The notes under the pieces were generated by a model, which searched no databases, was not told the origin of the DNA, and was given only the letters and a program-made list of their open reading frames with translations. Positions 10,978-24,000 of a DNA stretch of 64,000 bases are shown here, piece after piece (position 1 is the stretch's first letter; the number at the start of each line of letters is the position of its first letter). The translations under genes and the position numbers were made by a program. Source of the stretch: Takakia lepidozioides (lineage: Eukaryota; Plantae; Bryophyta); contig CM060732.1 in NCBI GenBank assembly GCA_030704615.1, forward strand, positions 10,974,001 to 11,038,000. Direction: 5' to 3'.

Positions 10978-12500
10978 CTCCGGACCCAAGCCGGCGTAAC
11001 TAAGAGCCACTCGCCTCACGGCTACTGCCCCCTCTCGGGGGTGGGCCCTATCTAAAAAGGTGTCCATAGGACACTAGGAGTCTAGAGGAGCAAGGATACC
11101 GTGGATACCTGGGGTACCTAGGGTACCCTAGATACCCCGGGAGCCAGAGAAGGGTTAGATTCGGGTTTACGTTTGTTAGTAATAATGGTTGTGAGGGAGC
11201 GGAGGGCTGTGAGGTGTATTGCTTTGAAACATTTATGAATGGAAAGGATAGGGAGTTTGAAGTTAGTGTGTAGTGCATCGATATTGGCGTTATGAATGCC
11301 GCCTCTAGTGCCAGCCATGATAACCGTCAAAGGACCAGTGACCCAGCCCTTATGTCGAAGCGCAAGGATAAGTGGCGCATATTTTGGCCGTTTGTCTAGC
11401 GCTGAGTCAGCGGGGTATCGGCAGTATGTGAACTCAATAAAGTAGATGGTAAGGTGTGGTCTGGGGGTTGTCCTTGGTAAGTACCAGCGTTGATTAACAA
11501 GAAACCATCTTGTCTCGGCGCGATGTAGGAGGAGTCTATGGATGTGCCAGACTGCTTGGTTATGGCGGGTTATATGAAGCCCATGGATGACCGGGTGTGT
11601 GCATTGGCTAAGAAGGTGTGGCCAGGTGTCACGTTCCTGGTGGGTATGAGAATGGAGGGGACAATGCGGGGAGGGGAAAAGGCGTGGCCAGAATATGTGT
11701 TTACGTTGATGTCCCATATATTGTGCGTATCGAAATTCAAGCGTCTGTTTGATTTGTGCGTCAGTAGCTGCTTTGGAGTGCCAAAAGTAGTTTGAGAGTT
11801 TGTTATGGAGTACTGCGGGTTGTGTCCATTTCTGTATGTATATTTTAGTGTGGCTAGCAGATACTGAGGTTTGCTTATTGGCTTCTCGAGTAAGGGTTTT
11901 CAAAAGGTTGCGTATGGGTCGGGGTTGAAGGGGGTCGGGTATGGGGTGTATTAGCCGGAATGGGTGGGTATGCGCTATGTGGATGGGATCATTGGTAGGG
12001 TCAACAGGGGATTCGTCGGCACCTTCCTGGGCAAGAAGGTCGGCAGCCTCGTTCCCCCGAATACCTATGTGTGCGCGTACTTTGATAAAGTGAATGGGTT
12101 GGTTGATGGAGATAACCAGGTTGGCGATGGCTGTGATGAGATTACGGTTAGAGTGATAATGGTGAGAAGATGGGCAAGAGAGGTGGTTGCGGATGAGAAA
12201 GAGCGAGGTGAGGCTGTCTGTGAAGATATAATGTGGAGGGGAGAATGAGGACAATTGGGTGAGCGCTTCAAATATTGCCATTAGTTCTGCACGAAGTATG
12301 GTAGCAGGACCAGGAAGTCTGTGAGCGGTGCCCTGATTGGTAGCGGCATGGTATACTCCATAACCAGCGTGGGAGTCGGTGAGGGAGCCGTCGGTGTAGT
12401 GGGAGTGGGACGGGGGAAATTTGGGGGGCATAGCTTGGCAATAGGATGGGAGGGGCGGAAGGAGTGTAGGGTGGGCAAGAGAAGGGCGTGGTAGCGCCTT
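10977..12500 (-). mobile_element. 5'-truncated non-LTR retrotransposon with RNase H, Zn-knuckle and restriction-like endonuclease (Dualen/RandI-like)
   Basis: ORF 11118-12539 has RNase H motifs (YTDGS, RAELMAI, FTDS, KVRAHIGIRGNEAAD), CPLH..DTWPHLLSQC, RHN and IEFTYC..K..KY..L, as at the C-terminus of RLE-bearing LINEs. Confidence 0.75.
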
Positions 12501-12509
12501 ATTCCATGC

Positions 12510-13350
12510 CTTGTTCTGGAAAAGGGAAAACAGGTCCAAGCTGACATTTTGGCACCAAATGTCATTCTAGAGACTGCCCTTGCTGCCATGTAGGCCAAGT
12601 GCGGGAGCATGAAGGAGGCCCGTCAAGTTTTCGACAATATGGCTGGACGAGATGTGGTTTCATTGTGCGATGATTGCTGCAGGATATGCTCAGCAAGGGT
12701 GTGGTCACCTTGGAGACCTATGAGCAAATGATATGGGAAGGGTGGGTACCGGACAAAGTCACATTCACTTCTGTTCTCAATGCATGTGGCAGCCTGGCAG
12801 ACCTGGAAAAGGGCAAAAATATCCATGCTGGTATTATCAAAACCAGAATTGAGCCAAATATCGTCCTGGAAACTGCTCTTGCTAACATGTATGCCAAACG
12901 TGGGAACATGACGGATGCGCATCTAGTGTTTGACAATATGCCTCGACAAAATGTGGTCTCATGAAGTGCGATGATCGCAAGATATGCTCAGCTTGGATGT
13001 GATAAAAAGGCTTTGGAGATCTATGCGCAAATGATACAGAAAGGGGTTATGCCCCAACCAGGTAACGTTTGTGTGCGTTCTCAATGCATGTGCTAGCCTG
13101 GTGGACCTGGAAAAGGGCACAGAGATCCATGCTGACATCATCAAATATGGAATCAAGCCCAATATCATTCTGCAGAATACCCTTGTTGACATGTATGCCA
13201 AGTGCGGGAACTTAACAGATGCATGTCAAGTGTTTGAAAATATGGTGAACGAGATGTGGTCTCATGGAGTGCAATGATTTCAGGATATGCCCAGCATGGA
13301 TGTGGTAGGGAGGCTTTGGAGACATATGAGCGAATGATATGGGAAGGGGT
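12510..13350 (+). pseudogene. PLS-class PPR fragment with stops and frameshifts
   Basis: About three degenerate P-L-S triplets (e.g. PDKVTFTSVLNACGSLADLEKGK; LVDMYAKCGNLTDACQVF); in-frame stops at ~12590 and ~12962. Confidence 0.85.
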
Positions 13351-14635
13351 GACATCGCATTACCTGACTACAGACACAAGCAGCACACACAAGAGGTCCT
13401 TCTGGGTTGATGGTCGGTCAAATCCTCCATGGGTCATGACACAAGGTCAAGGACAATGTGGTGAGGATCCACCTTCTTGTTCGACCTATTTCAGCCTGTT
13501 TCGTCCTCTCATCAGACTCGGCCCTGAGATGCATATTGAATTATGTAAGTTAGCTCGTTGGGTGGATATGTGGTGGTTTGGAGTGACTTTGACAAGTTAC
13601 TGCCGATGTGGCAGCATGAAAGTATCCAACAACAGATAACAGAGATGAGGAGAAGCTTTGGAATGAATGCAGGTTCCAGAAACAGGTACAAAGACGAGGT
13701 GAAGTTGTGGAATGAATACTTTTCTGACCCCAGTCAATGGTGGGACAATCGAGGCAAAAAAGTGAATGCATGCTACAGACAGTAGGAGATGAAATTGAGC
13801 ATAGGAACTAGTACTGTGATAAGTTGAGTTCGGTGTTTCCTCGAAAAAATCTAGGCTGTCATTGTCAGCTGCTAGCAGCAACGCAAGGATGTATGCATGA
13901 TTTGTGCATAGATAGCTGAAGGAGCAGGGGATAGAGTGTGGGTCCAGATTCACTGCTAATGAAGGCACCTTCTTCAACACATTTCACCCTGTTTTTCCCT
14001 CTTATCAGAATCGGCCCTAAATTTCCATGTTGAATTCTGCAAATTAGCTGGTTGAGTGAATCTAGTTTGGAGTGACTTTGACATGATACTGCCAATGCGA
14101 CAACAGGAAAGTATCCAAAAATAGGTAACAGAGACGAGGAGAAGTTGTGGAATTAATACTTTTCTGACCCCAGTCAATGGTGGGACAATCGAGGTAAAAA
14201 TGTGAATGCCTGTTACAGAGAGTAGGAGATGCAATTGAGCATAGGAACTAGTGTGATAAGTTGAGTTGGGTATTTCCTCGAAAAAATCTAGGTTGTCATT
14301 GTCAGCTGCTAGCAGCAACGCAAGGATGTATGCATGATTTGTGCATGAATAGCTGAAGGAGCAGGGGGATAGAGTGTGGGTCCATATTCACTGCTAATGA
14401 AGGCACCTTCTTCAACACATTTCACCCTTTCCCTCTTATCAGAATCGGCACTAAATTTCCATGTTGAATTCTGCAAGTTAGCTGGTTGAGTGAATCTAGT
14501 TTGGAGTTACTTTGACATGATACTGCCATTGCGACAACAGGAAAGTATCCAAAAACAGGTAACAGAGACGAGGAGAAGTTGTGGAATTAATACTTTTCTG
14601 ACCCCGGTCAATGGTGGGAAAGGTGAATGCCTGTC
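13351..14635 (+). pseudogene. Tandemly reiterated PDF-motif gene fragments
   Basis: FWVDGRSNPPWV, then three copies of LWNEYFSDPSQWW(DNR) exon/intron sequence. The ~440-bp unit repeats at ~13955 and ~14394. Confidence 0.8.
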
Positions 14636-14683
14636 AGATTACCAGATGTCATTCTGAACACTGCCCTGGTGGACATGTAGGCC

Positions 14684-15499
14684 TTGAGCAGTAGCACCCA
14701 GGTGATATCTTTGTCCGATATCAGGATATCTCAGCAGGGGTGTAGTAGGGAGGCTTTCGAGAGCTATGAGCAGATGATACGAGAAGGGGTGTTGCATGAT
14801 AAGGTTACCTTTATTTGTGTTCTGAAGGCGGCTGCCAGCCTGGCAGCCCTGGAAAAGGGCATAGAGGTCCACGCGGACATCATTAAAGCTGGAATATTAA
14901 CAGACAGCATTCTCGAGAATACCCTCGTTAACATGTATGTCAAGTGTGGGAGCTTGAAACATTCACGCCAAGTGTTCGACAACATGGTTGAACGGGATGT
15001 GGTCTCGTGGAGTGCGATTATTGCAGGATATGCTCAGCATGGGTGTGGCGGAGACGTTTTGCAACTGTTTGAAGAAATGCAACAAGAAGGCATGAAGCCA
15101 AGCGGTATCACCTTTATATATGTTCTCTCTACATGTAGTCATGTGGCCCTGGTGGATGAAGGTTGCCATTACTTTGATTCCATGAGTCGGGATCATGGGC
15201 TCACTCCCAAAGTGGAGCATTTTGGCTGCGTGGTAGACCTCCTTGGCCGTGCAGGCCACCTGAATGAGGCAGAGGACTTAATTAAAAGAATGCCAAATGA
15301 ACCAGATGCTGCAGTGTGGGAGGCCTTGCTTGGTGCCTGCAGATTTTTTGGTAATGTGGATGTAGCAGAACGTGCAGCATACAAGAAACCTGCATGGGTA
15401 GATGGTCAACTGGAAGCCGCAGCAGCAACGGCACAATTGATAAAATCAGGCACTGCTACTCAAGGTGATGTCATGCCTGACTCGTTTGATTCATGTTGA
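14684..15499 (+). CDS. Chimeric ORF: PPR motifs (P-L-S-P2-L2-S2-E1) fused in frame to the tail of a PDF motif
   Basis: 271-codon open frame. PPR/E sequence runs to ..VAERAA, then YKKPAWVDGQLEAAAATAQLIKSGTA, nearly identical to the PDF tail at ~3687-3755. Start codon and expression unknown. Confidence 0.55.
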   Translation: MSSSTQVISLSDIRISQQGCSREAFESYEQMIREGVLHDKVTFICVLKAAASLAALEKGIEVHADIIKAGILTDSILENTLVNMYVKCGSLKHSRQVFDNMVERDVVSWSAIIAGYAQHGCGGDVLQLFEEMQQEGMKPSGITFIYVLSTCSHVALVDEGCHYFDSMSRDHGLTPKVEHFGCVVDLLGRAGHLNEAEDLIKRMPNEPDAAVWEALLGACRFFGNVDVAERAAYKKPAWVDGQLEAAAATAQLIKSGTATQGDVMPDSFDSC

Positions 15500-16289
15500 T
15501 AAAGTTCAGAAGGTTCTAAGCTGCCCTAGTGGTATAGTTGCATCCCTCTATATACTGCCCTTCATTTTGTACCAATTGTTACATGTGAGGGGTCAATTGC
15601 CTTAAAGACAGATTGAAAATCTTAGAGAGTTCTTCATATGAACTGCTTGCACACTTAAATATGGCTATGGCACAGGGGGACTGCTACTGACAGGTGGATC
15701 CAACAAGGCTGTTTTGCTTCTCATCTTTCTGAGCATTTGTTGTTGTGTCACCTTCTTCAACACATTTCACCCTGTTTTTGCCTCTTATCAAAATCGGCCC
15801 TAAAGTTTCATATCAAGTCACAGCTGCTAGTGGTTGAATTATTCTGATACAACACTTAAGGTGGCTTGCTCAAAGTTTGTGGCCTGTTGTTTAAAGCAAT
15901 GTTTGTGGAGCTTTGGTAGTTGTAGCTGGGTATAGATGAGGCTGCGATCAAAAGTCTTGCTGCTCAGCTGCTCACCAGTGGTTTTCACAGAAAGATCCGA
16001 GATCACCGGATTTGAAGAAGCGTACAAAGGAGGTCCTCTGAATTGAGAGCTGGTCGACCACTTCTTGGATAAGATACAAGGTCAAACACAATCTGCTGAT
16101 GGTGGCTCAGGACAGAGAACACCACAGGTATTTGAGGGTTCCAACTCAAAAGAGATAAAACTCTACTAGTTTATTATCAAGTAGATGGCTTTAAGTAGTT
16201 GTACAACTGTTGATAAGTAGCTAGAAGCCTGTCCCCATAAAGAGATATTTCAGAACTTAGAGGACCGAAAGAGGGAGTCAACAGGGACC

Positions 16290-16870
16290 CTTCTAACACT
16301 CGTGGGTATTTGAGGATACTATGTAAAGTAGGCCGACTGGAAGAGGCAGTGCACCTTTTCAACAAACCAGGCATGCGACCAGACTCCAATACATATGTAT
16401 GTCTCTTGCAGGAGTGTATGAAATAAAAGACATGGCTCAATGAAAGCAGCTGCACATCCACTGTCAAAAGTGGATTCAGGCCAAATGTCCTTCTACTGCA
16501 CACCCTTGTTAACATGTATGCTAAGAGTGGATGAGAGGGGTTCTATTTCTGCATGCCTGTGCTTGTGGGAGGTCACAAAGGTAGCCATGTTGGACTATAA
16601 TTGCCAGGTAGCTCCTTTTGTTCCTCACAAAACACAGAGTCGATGGCCACAAGGCTACATCACTAACCAAATAATACCATATGAGTGCATTCTAATTATA
16701 TTTGAACTTTCGCATGGATGCAAATGTTTTCTCTTGACATCTGGCACTATACCAGATTTCATGATCTCAAAATGGACCTGTTTGCCCTAGTTCTCCAGGG
16801 CTGCCAGGCTGGCACAAGCTTTAAGAATGCAAACAAAGGTGACCTCATTGGGTTTTGTCCCTTCCTGTAT
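16290..16870. pseudogene. Further PPR fragments (+ strand ~16290-16530; - strand ~16740-16870)
   Basis: LCKVGRLEEAVHLF..MRPDSNTYVCLLQECMK* on +; PNEVTFVCILKACASLAALE on -. Confidence 0.65.
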
Positions 16871-17709
16871 CGTCCCCTTAATGTCCCTCCTGCAGAGTTC
16901 CATCTGCTCCTTGCCATTACCACAGATTCAGCTCAAAGCTTAAATGTGCTTTGCATGTCCCCCATCTGCCAAAGAAGCCTCAAAAGATTATAAAGCAATT
17001 GCAGCTGAAACTAGAACCCAACCCATCTATTATTAGAGTGAAAATTCAGAGCTGAAAGCTGCCCACCAAGGCTGCCCAAACATGAGACATTGTAAGACAG
17101 TGTCACTCCCTGTTGAGAATACCCCGACAACATACCAGAAAATGGATTATTGTCACAGCCTTAACTAAGAGGAGCCTTTTGTGTTTTTGTGTGGTTCACA
17201 CCCACCAGGGTTCACCTAATCCTACAGCTCACCTGGAGGCATTCTTTTAGGGTATGTATTACTTATGTACAGGGAGTATCCTCATTCAGGGTCTTGCTAC
17301 TCAAATGATAGCACAACTTACAGTGCTGCAGGTTGGATTTTGAGTCTGTCCAACCTGGCTTGATGTCAACCAATACTGATCCAGGGTCAACCTATTCCCA
17401 TGAAAGTAGGTTGAGTATAGAAGTTGTGCTCCCCTCTGGTAGCTCACATGGACAAATTTCATGTCATGAGTAAGGAGAGCTCCCCCACTAACAAGCCCTG
17501 AACCCAGCAATATTAATACCCAGCACTTGACAATCATTTTTTATCAAGACAATAAAGCTAAATGTTGAGAAACTAAATGATGAGCGACGAAAAAGATATA
17601 AACAACACTCCGCCATTCTTCTTGCGCGAAACAATGAAACATGGGATGTGTGTATGTAACCCCGCCATTTTTGTGAAAATTGAACGTAGTTCTCAGAATT
17701 CGTGGCTAG

Positions 17710-17735
17710 TAGTGCGGAGCAACGCGAAGCCCTAG
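17710..17735 (+). mobile_element. Putative Helitron 3' terminus
   Basis: gcggagcaacgcgaagcc-CTAG|T: a GC-rich subterminal motif followed by CTAG and T. No 5' end identified. Confidence 0.4.
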
Positions 17736-17869
17736 TCTATACTTGGACTGCTTTTGTGATACATAGATGTATTGTAGATTTGTTGGTTAGTGTGTAGTGT
17801 CTTATAAATGTTATAATGTGGAGGTCCTAGGTTCAAATATGCATTGCATAATATATGTAGAACAATGTA

Positions 17870-20800
17870 TGAACTGCCATTGGACAAAACCGGAGTCAAT
17901 GGTCAACGCCGAATCAATGGTCAAATTTTCCCACCTAAATTCAAATGTACCCCCCTAAACTGTGATGTCTGGGGGTCGCATTTACGACCCCCGGACGTCC
18001 CTTATGTGGCGTCGCGGAAAAAAAAACGTTTTTTTTTTTTTTTTTTTTAATTTTTTTATAAAAAAATAATTTTAAATCCCGGCAATGCCCGGACGTCGCA
18101 ACTCGCGCCGACGTCGCGGAGGGGGGGGGGTGGGGGTTTGCGATTCCCCGACGACGCTAATTAGCGACATTTCGAGAGCGTCGTCTCTGCGACTTCCCGA
18201 CGTCACAAAATGCCCTTGGCACGCCCCGGGCACCGTAAAATATTTTCGTCGCTAATCGCGGCAGTTGGAGGTCGCTGGGGCATTGCAAACCCCCCCCCCC
18301 CAAACGTAGTAGTGGAAAATGGATTCTGGTGAGCGGTGGAGCATTCATGGGTGATGCAGTATTATGGTGTTATTAATATTAAATTTTCCCATTTGCAACA
18401 GTGGGCAGAAAAAACCAGGTGTCATGTGGGGGGGTACTTTATATTGGGAAGAGCCATTGGATGTATTTAATTTGGGCCGTTTGTAGTATGGGCCGTTTGT
18501 AGAACATACGTTGTGGGTATTTATTTGAAAAATAGAACAATGAGAGGAGTGTGTGGAGTTGGGGGGAGTAGTGAGCATTGGTTTATGGATCATGCCAGTG
18601 AGGATATAGTGTTGGGATAGAATGATAGGCCAGAGCCTTGAATTGGCGTTGAAACAGGATAGGCAAGAGTAAATGGAGTGATAAGGAAATACAGCATGAT
18701 ACATTTGAGACAGTAGCTCAATATTTGACATATATGTGGACTGGATAATGATAAATCTGATAAAGATTGGAGGCGATTCTTCACAGCTGTTTGGTGAGTG
18801 TGAAGGAGCCAATGTTGTCGGTGTTGTACATGTGCATGGTGGTGGACAGGTACTCCTCCAGTCCTGCAAAAAGGGGGGGTTGAGATGAACTGTGTATTGA
18901 CTTTATAGCAATGAGAGAAACTGGTTTGAGGAACAGCAGGTAGGTGAAGTGATGGGATATCCAGACAACAAGAAGATGTGTGGGAGAAACGTACCCAAAT
19001 GTGGTGGTGTTAGACTGGGTGGCATTCTTTGGATAGAGAGTGTAACCAATAGTAAGATGATAAGAGTATAGAGCATACTGTTGGTCAGCAAAATTTAGAG
19101 GGTTGACATCTGACCAGAGCCGATAGCATGAATGGACATAGGGGCAGGTGCCTTCCCTTGGTGGAGCACCGGTATCATCAGTGGGGATGGTCAGCTTGTT
19201 GAAGATGCGGGTTGGTGGCTGAGCATATGTTCCGCATACAGGTTTGGACATAAATATCCATTCAGTGCCCCTGGAGTTCAGATAAGTAGCCCTTTGGCGG
19301 CCCACCCATAAGATGGCCAGCCAGTCAGGATTGTTAGCGATACAAGAAACAGAGGGCACCACTGGATTGTAACTATGTGAATAGAAGAAGTTTATGATAG
19401 CAGTTCCAAGTACACAGGGTGAGGATGGCTTACTAGCAGAATTATGATCTGAGCTGCATGGCTGCTTAGCATGGTTGGGCGTGCTGGTGTTGGTGGTGAC
19501 AAGAGCAGTCGGGAGTGTGCGTGGGTACTGCGCCAGCCTGCATCTTGGGAAGAACTGGTTAGGGCCGAAACATAGATCCAGATCTGAAAGTTGAGGTGGG
19601 AGGTCAATTTGGCTTGAGAGTTAATATGGTGGGAAGCATCTTCCCTAGAGGGTGGGTCTTCGTAGTCATTGGGGCTGCTGGATTGCAGGAGCAGGTGGGG
19701 TGGGCGGGCTGGGCAGAAGCGCCGACAGCATGCACTGGGGCATACAACGCCGAGGTGTGCTTGAAGACAAAGTCAGCATCCCTGGTATGGCCGTAGTGAA
19801 GGGTAGGAAGGCCACTTGTGGAGTAGTGGAGTTGTTGGAGGGGCGTGTCGGGAGCTGGCGACGTTGTTGTAGCAATCCATAACTGTCGGAAGTAGCGGGC
19901 CACTGATGCTTGGCAATGTTGAGTCAAGAGGAGGCAGGTTGAGAGCTGGGAAATGTTAGTAGTCACTGCTGATATGCTCACCGGCACAAAGATAGACCAC
20001 CAAGCAAACAGCCTATTGCAAGTATGAGGAAGGGTACCTGGCTGAGAGAGAGTGCGTTGTAGTAGATGTCACCAAAGTTACTGGTGGCGCGTGCCAAAAG
20101 AGGTGTGGCGTGCATCCGTCAGTATCCCGCCTTCGCAGCATTTGTTGTCAGGGCCAGAGCACCAACAGGAGTTTATAAAACCAGGATTGATCTGGGGGGA
20201 GCTCTCTTGGGGCAGAATGTCCACCAAAAGATCACATGGGCTGTCGTCTGCCTTTAGCAAGTCGCTGTCCATTGCATCAGCGCGGGGGGGGGGGGGGTCT
20301 TGCCTTGCTGCCCAGGCCCACTACACCAGGAGCCGACCACTACGGTGGTGTGTCTATGTGATTCATCCCTTTGAGATGCAAGGTGAGGGGTCACAACCGT
20401 GAGTGCAGGCTGTGAAGGTTTCTGGGAGTAAGTCACCTTATGAGCATGAGAAACTAGAGCTTCTATGGAGTACCTACGAGCTGCAAATGCCTCCACTTTA
20501 GGTGAAACCTTGAAGGGGTTGAGAAGGGGAGTGTTACCGTTTGCAACATGGCTGATGTCGTGGTCATGAGGGGCGAGGTTGGTGAAGGGTTGCCGCTGGA
20601 GGTATTGTAGTAGTAACACCACCACGTTGCAGCCAAGAGACGACGTCTCGATCTTGTACACGGTGAGCATGGTGTAGTCAAGTATATTGGACTCATGGCA
20701 CTTGAGTGCAATGGCATAGTAGTCACCAGGGTTCATAGCGGCGAATGAGTAATGTTGGGCCTTACTGAAGGGCAGTGAGCTTGATAAAGGCTTTGTGGGG

Positions 20801-21000
20801 GGGGGTTGGCAGGAGGCTTGTTGAAGCTGGATGACCGTGGAAGCGTAGAGGACTGTGGCGAAGCAACCGAGCAGTTTGGTGTGACACCTGTACCAGGGAA
20901 TAACATTGTCAGTCCAGGGAAGGAAAAGGGAGCTAAGTGATAAGAGACAGTGTCTATTGGCTGTAAGAGAAGGATGCAGCACTAGCCAAGAATGAGGAGT
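17870..21000 (-). mobile_element. Unclassified degenerate element
   Basis: Broken minus-strand ORFs with strong G/T strand skew; GC-rich hairpin at 17964-17999 and gacgtcgc repeats at the left end. No domain recognised. Confidence 0.3.
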
Positions 21001-24000
21001 CACTGGAGGAAAAACATGGAATAATCACTGGCCCTTTAACCACTAGTGTTTTTTTCCACTCTAGAAACCACTAGTAACCACTTGCCAGTGGTTAATCCCA
21101 ATGAAATGCCACGGTGACATCACAGATAGTGGTTGGAAGTGGTTTCAACCACTCAGTAGTCCACGTGTAATAATTTGTTTTTATTTATTATTATTTATTT
21201 GGTAATATATTTTAATTAATAAATATAATATTCCACGTGGACGAGTGCAGTGCAGTGAACTTGTGGAGTGGTACATTGTGAGTGGTTATAGACACCTCAG
21301 TGATGGGAAGTGGTTGAAACCACTTGCTATTCCACGTGTAATAATTCAAATTTTATTTATGATTTATGATTTGGAAATATATTTTGATTAATAAATATAA
21401 TATTCCACGTAGACGGGAACAGTGCACGTTGATCTTGAGTGGTTAAAGACAACTCATTGATTTGTACCACTTTTGACAGTGGTGGAGAGTGGGTGAGATA
21501 CTGCAGTAATTGGAACCACTATTCTAGTGGTTGCTCATGAGTGGTTGCCTACACAACAGTGATTGGTACCACTTTTTGGGTGATTAATGAAAAACTTTAA
21601 GTGGTTTGTGCAGCTGTGACAGACTTTGAAAAACAGACAAGTGACCGGACCATTGTGGGATGATGCTATTGAACAAATGGTTCCAACAATAAACTTTATT
21701 CTGAATCTGAAACATATTCGTCACCCTCTGAATCACTTTGCTCAACTGGAATAGCGGTTGGTTGCACAAATGCCGCTTGAATGGTAGCCAACATAGCCAG
21801 GTCTTCTTTATTTAGAGCCGTGACACCATCCAATGACCTAGGTATTGGCTGATCTGATAAGATAGACGTCGATTGGCACACCACTCATCACCACATGCCT
21901 CTCTGTCTGCTGTGAACTGTGCTCTCTTTGCATACTTTTTGTCACAAAATGGCAACAAGAATGATACATGTTAGCAATGAAGTATTGCATTACTTAGCAA
22001 AAAATACCTAGCATGAATGATACTTTGAAAACCACTGTTTCAAACCACTGCAGGAGTGAGCAAAATGACTTGCAAATGAACATGCTCTTCCAACAAGTCA
22101 CTCACTCAGACATTCCGTTACTACAACATTGGTTATAATCAGGATGAACCACTGACATTTGTGACTTTGTGGGTGGTTTGATTGCACTGGTGACAGTCAG
22201 AATTGAAATTGAACTTGATATGAATAAGGTGCAATGAAAAGAAGCACTCACTGCACCCAAGGAGCCATGACATTGGTATTGTTCAGCACATAAAAAATTT
22301 GTGTTGCATCTTTTCCAGCTCCAGTCATGTCCCGCTTTTTGCCGACACCTTCGAAGACCTCATCCTCAACCCCTTCCTCCGCATTGCATCCCAAGTCCGT
22401 CGTTGAGTTGCATCAAATGATTGCATATACTCATTCATGAACCCCATGGCCTCATCAAGAACATACCCTGCAGCCGTACTCCCTTCTGGCTTTGCGTAAT
22501 TCCTAACGTATCCCTTAAGATCTTTCATGTAACGCTCCATGGGATATATCCACCGTGAAGACACCGGATGAACAGTTTTGTTTATCTCCATGGAATACAT
22601 CTATGTGCTCACTTGTAACCACTAAAATGAATTTAAAAAAAGAAATCAAAGTGCAAAAGATTTAAAAAAAACACATCGGCTGGTAAGTGCAGAGTGTGTC
22701 GCCCTGGTGGTTCAGGATTCAAACCCGCTGCATTACCCCATGTGTGGGATTGTTTGTGACGACGGTATGTATGGGCATTGATCCTCCTGTAGATCTCATG
22801 GCCCATAAATGAAAGGGGGTTGATTTTTCCCCCTCCTAAAGGGCCTGAGGTTTCCTTTAAAATTTATTTTTTTTAAAAAAAAAAGTTGTTTATAGGGTTT
22901 GTAAAAAGGTTAAAAAACTTAAAAATTTGCCCATCACGTATGTGCAATATATACATACTTTTGGGGGGGGGGAATTTCAAATGTGTGCATGTAGCGTACT
23001 GGTAAGGGCTCTTCCTGTGTGTCGCAGGGTCGCGGGTTTAAACTCCTCGCGTTATTTTTTTTCCCCTCATGCACTAAGCCCTACTAAGCCCCACTAAGCC
23101 CTATCGTTGCTGCGCACACTAAGTCCTCGTGCAGGTTGGTCTTAGCAGGTCGCGTTTCAATCTCTGCTCGCTCAGCTGCACCGTGGTGGTTCTCATGGAC
23201 AATCCGACATTAGCAGCACACACAAGAGGTCCGTTTGGGTTCATGGTCTGTCAAATCCTCCATGGGTCATGACACAAGGTCAACGACTATGTGGTGAGGG
23301 CACCTTCTTCTTCGACCTATTTCAGCCTGTTTTTCCCTCTCATTAGACTCGGCCCTGAATTTGCAGCACGGAGTAGAGCTCGCATGAGTTTTTTTACAGA
23401 TCCTTCATGATGGTGGGACAATCGCAATCGCAAGGTGTGGCTTTTTCTTAATGTAGGATGTGAAGAAGTTTGTCCATCCTGCAAATGTGGGCTTTTGGCT
23501 CTTGTTTGTACCATGATTTGGTATTCTTCCTGATGTTTACAAGGTTCTTGGGAGAGTCAGCTTGGTCTTAGCAGGTCGTGTTTCAATCTCTGCTCGCTTA
23601 GTTGCACCATGGTGGTTCTCATGGACCAATGCGATGTTTTTTTTTTCCCTCAAGCACTAAGCCCCACTAAGCCCTATCGATGTTGTGCACTTAAGTCCTC
23701 GCTGATGTTTACAAGGTTCTTGGGAGAGTCAGCTTGGTCCAGGGTATGCACGGCAGGGACGTGGGATGACGGCTTTGGAGACCTATGAGCAAATGATGGG
23801 GGAAGCACATCGTGTTTGTGTGCATTTGCAATGCTTGTGCAAGCCTGGCAGCCCTGGAGAAGGGCAAGAGGTGCATGGGGATATCATCAAAGCTGGAAAT
23901 GTGCCAAATGTCAATCTGAACAGTGCCCTGGCAGCTTTGGAAAAGGGGAAAGAGGTCCATGGCGTCATCTTCAGAGCTGGAATTGTATCAGACGTCATTC

